Shown piece after piece: positions 35,627 through 37,760 of a stretch of 37,760 bases of DNA. The stretch comes from a virus (taxonomy: Duplodnaviria > Caudoviricetes). The stretch is taken from positions 1 through 37,760 of IMG/VR virus record IMGVR_UViG_3300050147_000055. One strand, 5' to 3'. The notes beneath the pieces were generated by a model. The model was not told the DNA's origin. It was given only the letters and a program-made list of their open reading frames with translations, and did not search any database. Within the stretch, counting starts at the first letter, position 1. Every line of letters begins with the position of its first letter. The translations under genes and the position numbers were made by a program.

Positions 35627-35950
35627 ATGTCCGAAATCATCCCATTTTCAAAGACCGGCCAAACATGGTCAACCGAAGACCACAAAAAACATGGTCAGAC
35701 CGTTGGCAAGTACGCAGCCGGTGCAATTGACCGTGATGCCTGCATCGCCCAAATGCGAGCCATGCTTGGTATGACTGACCAACCCAAGGCCGCGCCTGTT
35801 GCGGTTGAAAAGCCTGCCCGCACCAATGCCGACCTAGCACCAATCTATGCGCCTGACCCTTTTGATAACGCCGCTGAATACGTCGCATCGTGCCGCAAGA
35901 GTGGCCGCGCTATCCCAGCTTGGTACTTCGGTTGTGTGGGTGAGGTATGA
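35627..35950 (+). CDS. Hypothetical protein
   Basis: GGAGGAG RBS. Confidence 0.7.
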   Translation: MSEIIPFSKTGQTWSTEDHKKHGQTVGKYAAGAIDRDACIAQMRAMLGMTDQPKAAPVAVEKPARTNADLAPIYAPDPFDNAAEYVASCRKSGRAIPAWYFGCVGEV

Positions 35951-36786
35951 CATGGCTATTTTCAAACGCCCTGCTGACCCAATGCGCGAACTCGCCCTCT
36001 TTGCCGGAGCGGGTGGCGGAATCCTTGGCGGCCAGTTGCTCGGGTGGCGAACCGTGTGCGCTGTGGAATTCGACGCATACGCCGCATCCGTCCTGGTTGC
36101 CCGTCAAAACGACAAAACGCTTGAGCCTTTCCCGATCTGGGATGACGTACGCACTTTTGACGGACGACCTTGGCGCGGGGTTGTTGACGTCATTTCTGGC
36201 GGGTTTCCGTGTCAGGACATCAGCGCAGCGGGCAAGGGCGCAGGAATCACCGGGGAGCGTTCCGGCTTGTGGTCACACATGGCGCGGATTGTCGGTGAGG
36301 TTTTGCCCAAATACGTTTACGTGGAAAACAGCCCAATGCTTGTGGGACGAGGACTTGCACGAGTCGTCGGTGATCTTGCCGCGCTGGGGTATGACTGCAA
36401 ATGGGGAGTGCTGGGAGCGGATGACGTGGGTGCGCCCCATGAGCGTAAGCGCCTGTGGCTTATATCCTACGCCAACAGTGTGCGGCAATTACAACCGCAA
36501 GGGACTGAGCAAGACGAGTGGCGACGGGCTGGCAACTGTGGTCAAGCGAATGACCTGCCCAACACCGACATGTCACATGGCCAAAGAGGGCGACTACCCA
36601 AGCGAAGCCCTGCGCAATCAACCGAGCTTGACGCACATTGCGCGCCGTGGGGATCAGACCCAGCCGACGATGCTGAATCCGGTGTGGGTCGAATGGCTAA
36701 TGGGGTGGCCTATCGGGTGGACAGACTTAAAGCCATTGGAAACGGGCAAGTACCGCTTGTGGCTGCAACAGCATGGGAAATCATAA
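35947..36786 (+). CDS. Alternative-frame partner of C5 methyltransferase (TRD plus motif IX-like)
   Basis: GAGGT RBS and ATGA coupling; two PTPT repeats; LNPVWVEWLMGWPIGWT. Confidence 0.7.
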   Translation: MTWLFSNALLTQCANSPSLPERVAESLAASCSGGEPCALWNSTHTPHPSWLPVKTTKRLSLSRSGMTYALLTDDLGAGLLTSFLAGFRVRTSAQRARAQESPGSVPACGHTWRGLSVRFCPNTFTWKTAQCLWDEDLHESSVILPRWGMTANGECWERMTWVRPMSVSACGLYPTPTVCGNYNRKGLSKTSGDGLATVVKRMTCPTPTCHMAKEGDYPSEALRNQPSLTHIARRGDQTQPTMLNPVWVEWLMGWPIGWTDLKPLETGKYRLWLQQHGKS

Positions 36787-36803
36787 GGGAGTGCCAAGCA
36801 TGA
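35982..36803 (+). CDS. DNA (cytosine-5) methyltransferase, catalytic chain
   Basis: LFAGAGG, GGFPCQDIS, VENS, ERKR, RLKAIGNG; alternative start at 35952. Confidence 0.9.
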   Translation: MRELALFAGAGGGILGGQLLGWRTVCAVEFDAYAASVLVARQNDKTLEPFPIWDDVRTFDGRPWRGVVDVISGGFPCQDISAAGKGAGITGERSGLWSHMARIVGEVLPKYVYVENSPMLVGRGLARVVGDLAALGYDCKWGVLGADDVGAPHERKRLWLISYANSVRQLQPQGTEQDEWRRAGNCGQANDLPNTDMSHGQRGRLPKRSPAQSTELDAHCAPWGSDPADDAESGVGRMANGVAYRVDRLKAIGNGQVPLVAATAWEIIRECQA

Positions 36804-37180
36804 AAAAGCCAGTCAAAAAACACCACACCTTTGCATACAGCGTTGATGCCATTGCCGCTGGTGCATCGTTTAAAGATGCCGTGACCGGTGATGACCTTGC
36901 GATCCGTGCGTGGCTTGGCAATGTGCGCGGCTGGTGGTCGTACACGCTCAAGTTTTATGGGTTCGATGGCGAGACGCTGGAGGTCGGCAACGTCTCGACC
37001 AATGGCCGGTCTGACTCGATGCGTGGACCGCATGACGTGACACACGCGATGCACCAAGCGATTGACGAGATCAAGGCCGCACACGAAGGCTTTGAAGGCG
37101 TCGCAAGCATGGTGATGGTGACGTACTCGCTGGTTAAACCTAAATCAGTTTATGGGCAGTGTAAGGGGGTGGTGGCATGA
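36800..37180 (+). CDS. Hypothetical protein
   Basis: ATGA coupling at both ends. Confidence 0.7.
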   Translation: MKKPVKKHHTFAYSVDAIAAGASFKDAVTGDDLAIRAWLGNVRGWWSYTLKFYGFDGETLEVGNVSTNGRSDSMRGPHDVTHAMHQAIDEIKAAHEGFEGVASMVMVTYSLVKPKSVYGQCKGVVA

Positions 37181-37692
37181 ACCATTTGAAAATGATGCGC
37201 TTGGCTGAGTCTGTGGCGCTGCAATCAGTCTGTAAGCGTGCGCAGGTGGGGGCAGTGGTTATCACCCAGTCGGGCGGGCAGTACACGGGTTACAACCATA
37301 ATCGCGGCTATTGCTGTGAGGGTGCGGACGGTCGGACGCTGAAAACTGTAATACATGCCGAGGCTGATGCACTGCTATCCGCATCTGGTTTTAGTGGTGG
37401 TAACGCAAGGGGTGCAACGCTGTATGTCACCCGTCAGCCCTGTATTGAGTGTGCCAAACGGCTGACGCTGACAGGCATCAAGACAGTCTATTACCGCGAC
37501 CGCGACGATAAAACAGACGGGATTATGTACCTGTTGGAGCATGGTGTGGCTGTGGATAGCCGGTGGATCAAAGGGCAGATGCGAGCGCAGACGTTGGAGC
37601 AAGTGCAAAAGACGTGGGCTGATCGGTCACAGTCGGCGTGTGATGCATGTCCGCAAAACGGGGATGGGGTTTGTTGTGGGGGTGTCGTGTGA
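37177..37692 (+). CDS. dCMP deaminase family protein
   Basis: QVGAV, IHAEADA, TRQPCIECAK. Confidence 0.88.
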   Translation: MNHLKMMRLAESVALQSVCKRAQVGAVVITQSGGQYTGYNHNRGYCCEGADGRTLKTVIHAEADALLSASGFSGGNARGATLYVTRQPCIECAKRLTLTGIKTVYYRDRDDKTDGIMYLLEHGVAVDSRWIKGQMRAQTLEQVQKTWADRSQSACDACPQNGDGVCCGGVV

Positions 37693-37760
37693 GCAAAGAA
37701 TTTATTTTGGTCATGTCGATCATGATCAGCCTGTTGATTGGTCTCTACAGTGCCGAATCA
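37636..37760. repeat. Terminal direct repeat, right copy
   Basis: Matches 1-125 with one mismatch. Confidence 0.97.

Overview
Apparently complete ~37.6-kb circular(ised) genome of a podovirus-type dsDNA phage. Bases 1-125 recur at 37636-37760 with one mismatch. It has a BPP-1/epsilon15/T7-like virion module (portal, scaffold, capsid, adaptor, nozzle, GNAT, ejection proteins), terminase, tail fibre, holin and M15 endolysin. It also has a lambdoid early region: leftward YqaJ/RecT arm, OL/OR switch, cro, DUF1376-type initiator with internal iterons, DnaC-like loader, C5 methyltransferase, dCMP deaminase and RusA. The host is probably a proteobacterium but cannot be determined from this sequence. 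Main observations: (1) two mirror-image accessory cassettes at 1278-4054 share an 18-bp upstream motif, a homologous sigma70 promoter with a cassette-specific palindrome, a covarying 5' leader hairpin, a paralogous first gene and an HTH gene, which is an acr/aca-like layout; (2) the left cassette's HTH protein has an N-terminal domain resembling the Cas8c C-terminus/Cas11c; (3) two apparent deletion scars (truncated cI between intact operators; truncated xis-like and spanin-like ORFs with no integrase) suggest a formerly temperate phage; (4) two matched late promoters are each coupled to an RBS-masking hairpin; (5) a dual-frame overlapping methyltransferase, an HNH gene inside a DUF551 gene, an H-NS-domain fusion and a structured capsid leader. 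All family assignments come from motif recognition by eye; no searches were run. No tRNA, CRISPR array, integrase or reverse transcriptase was seen.
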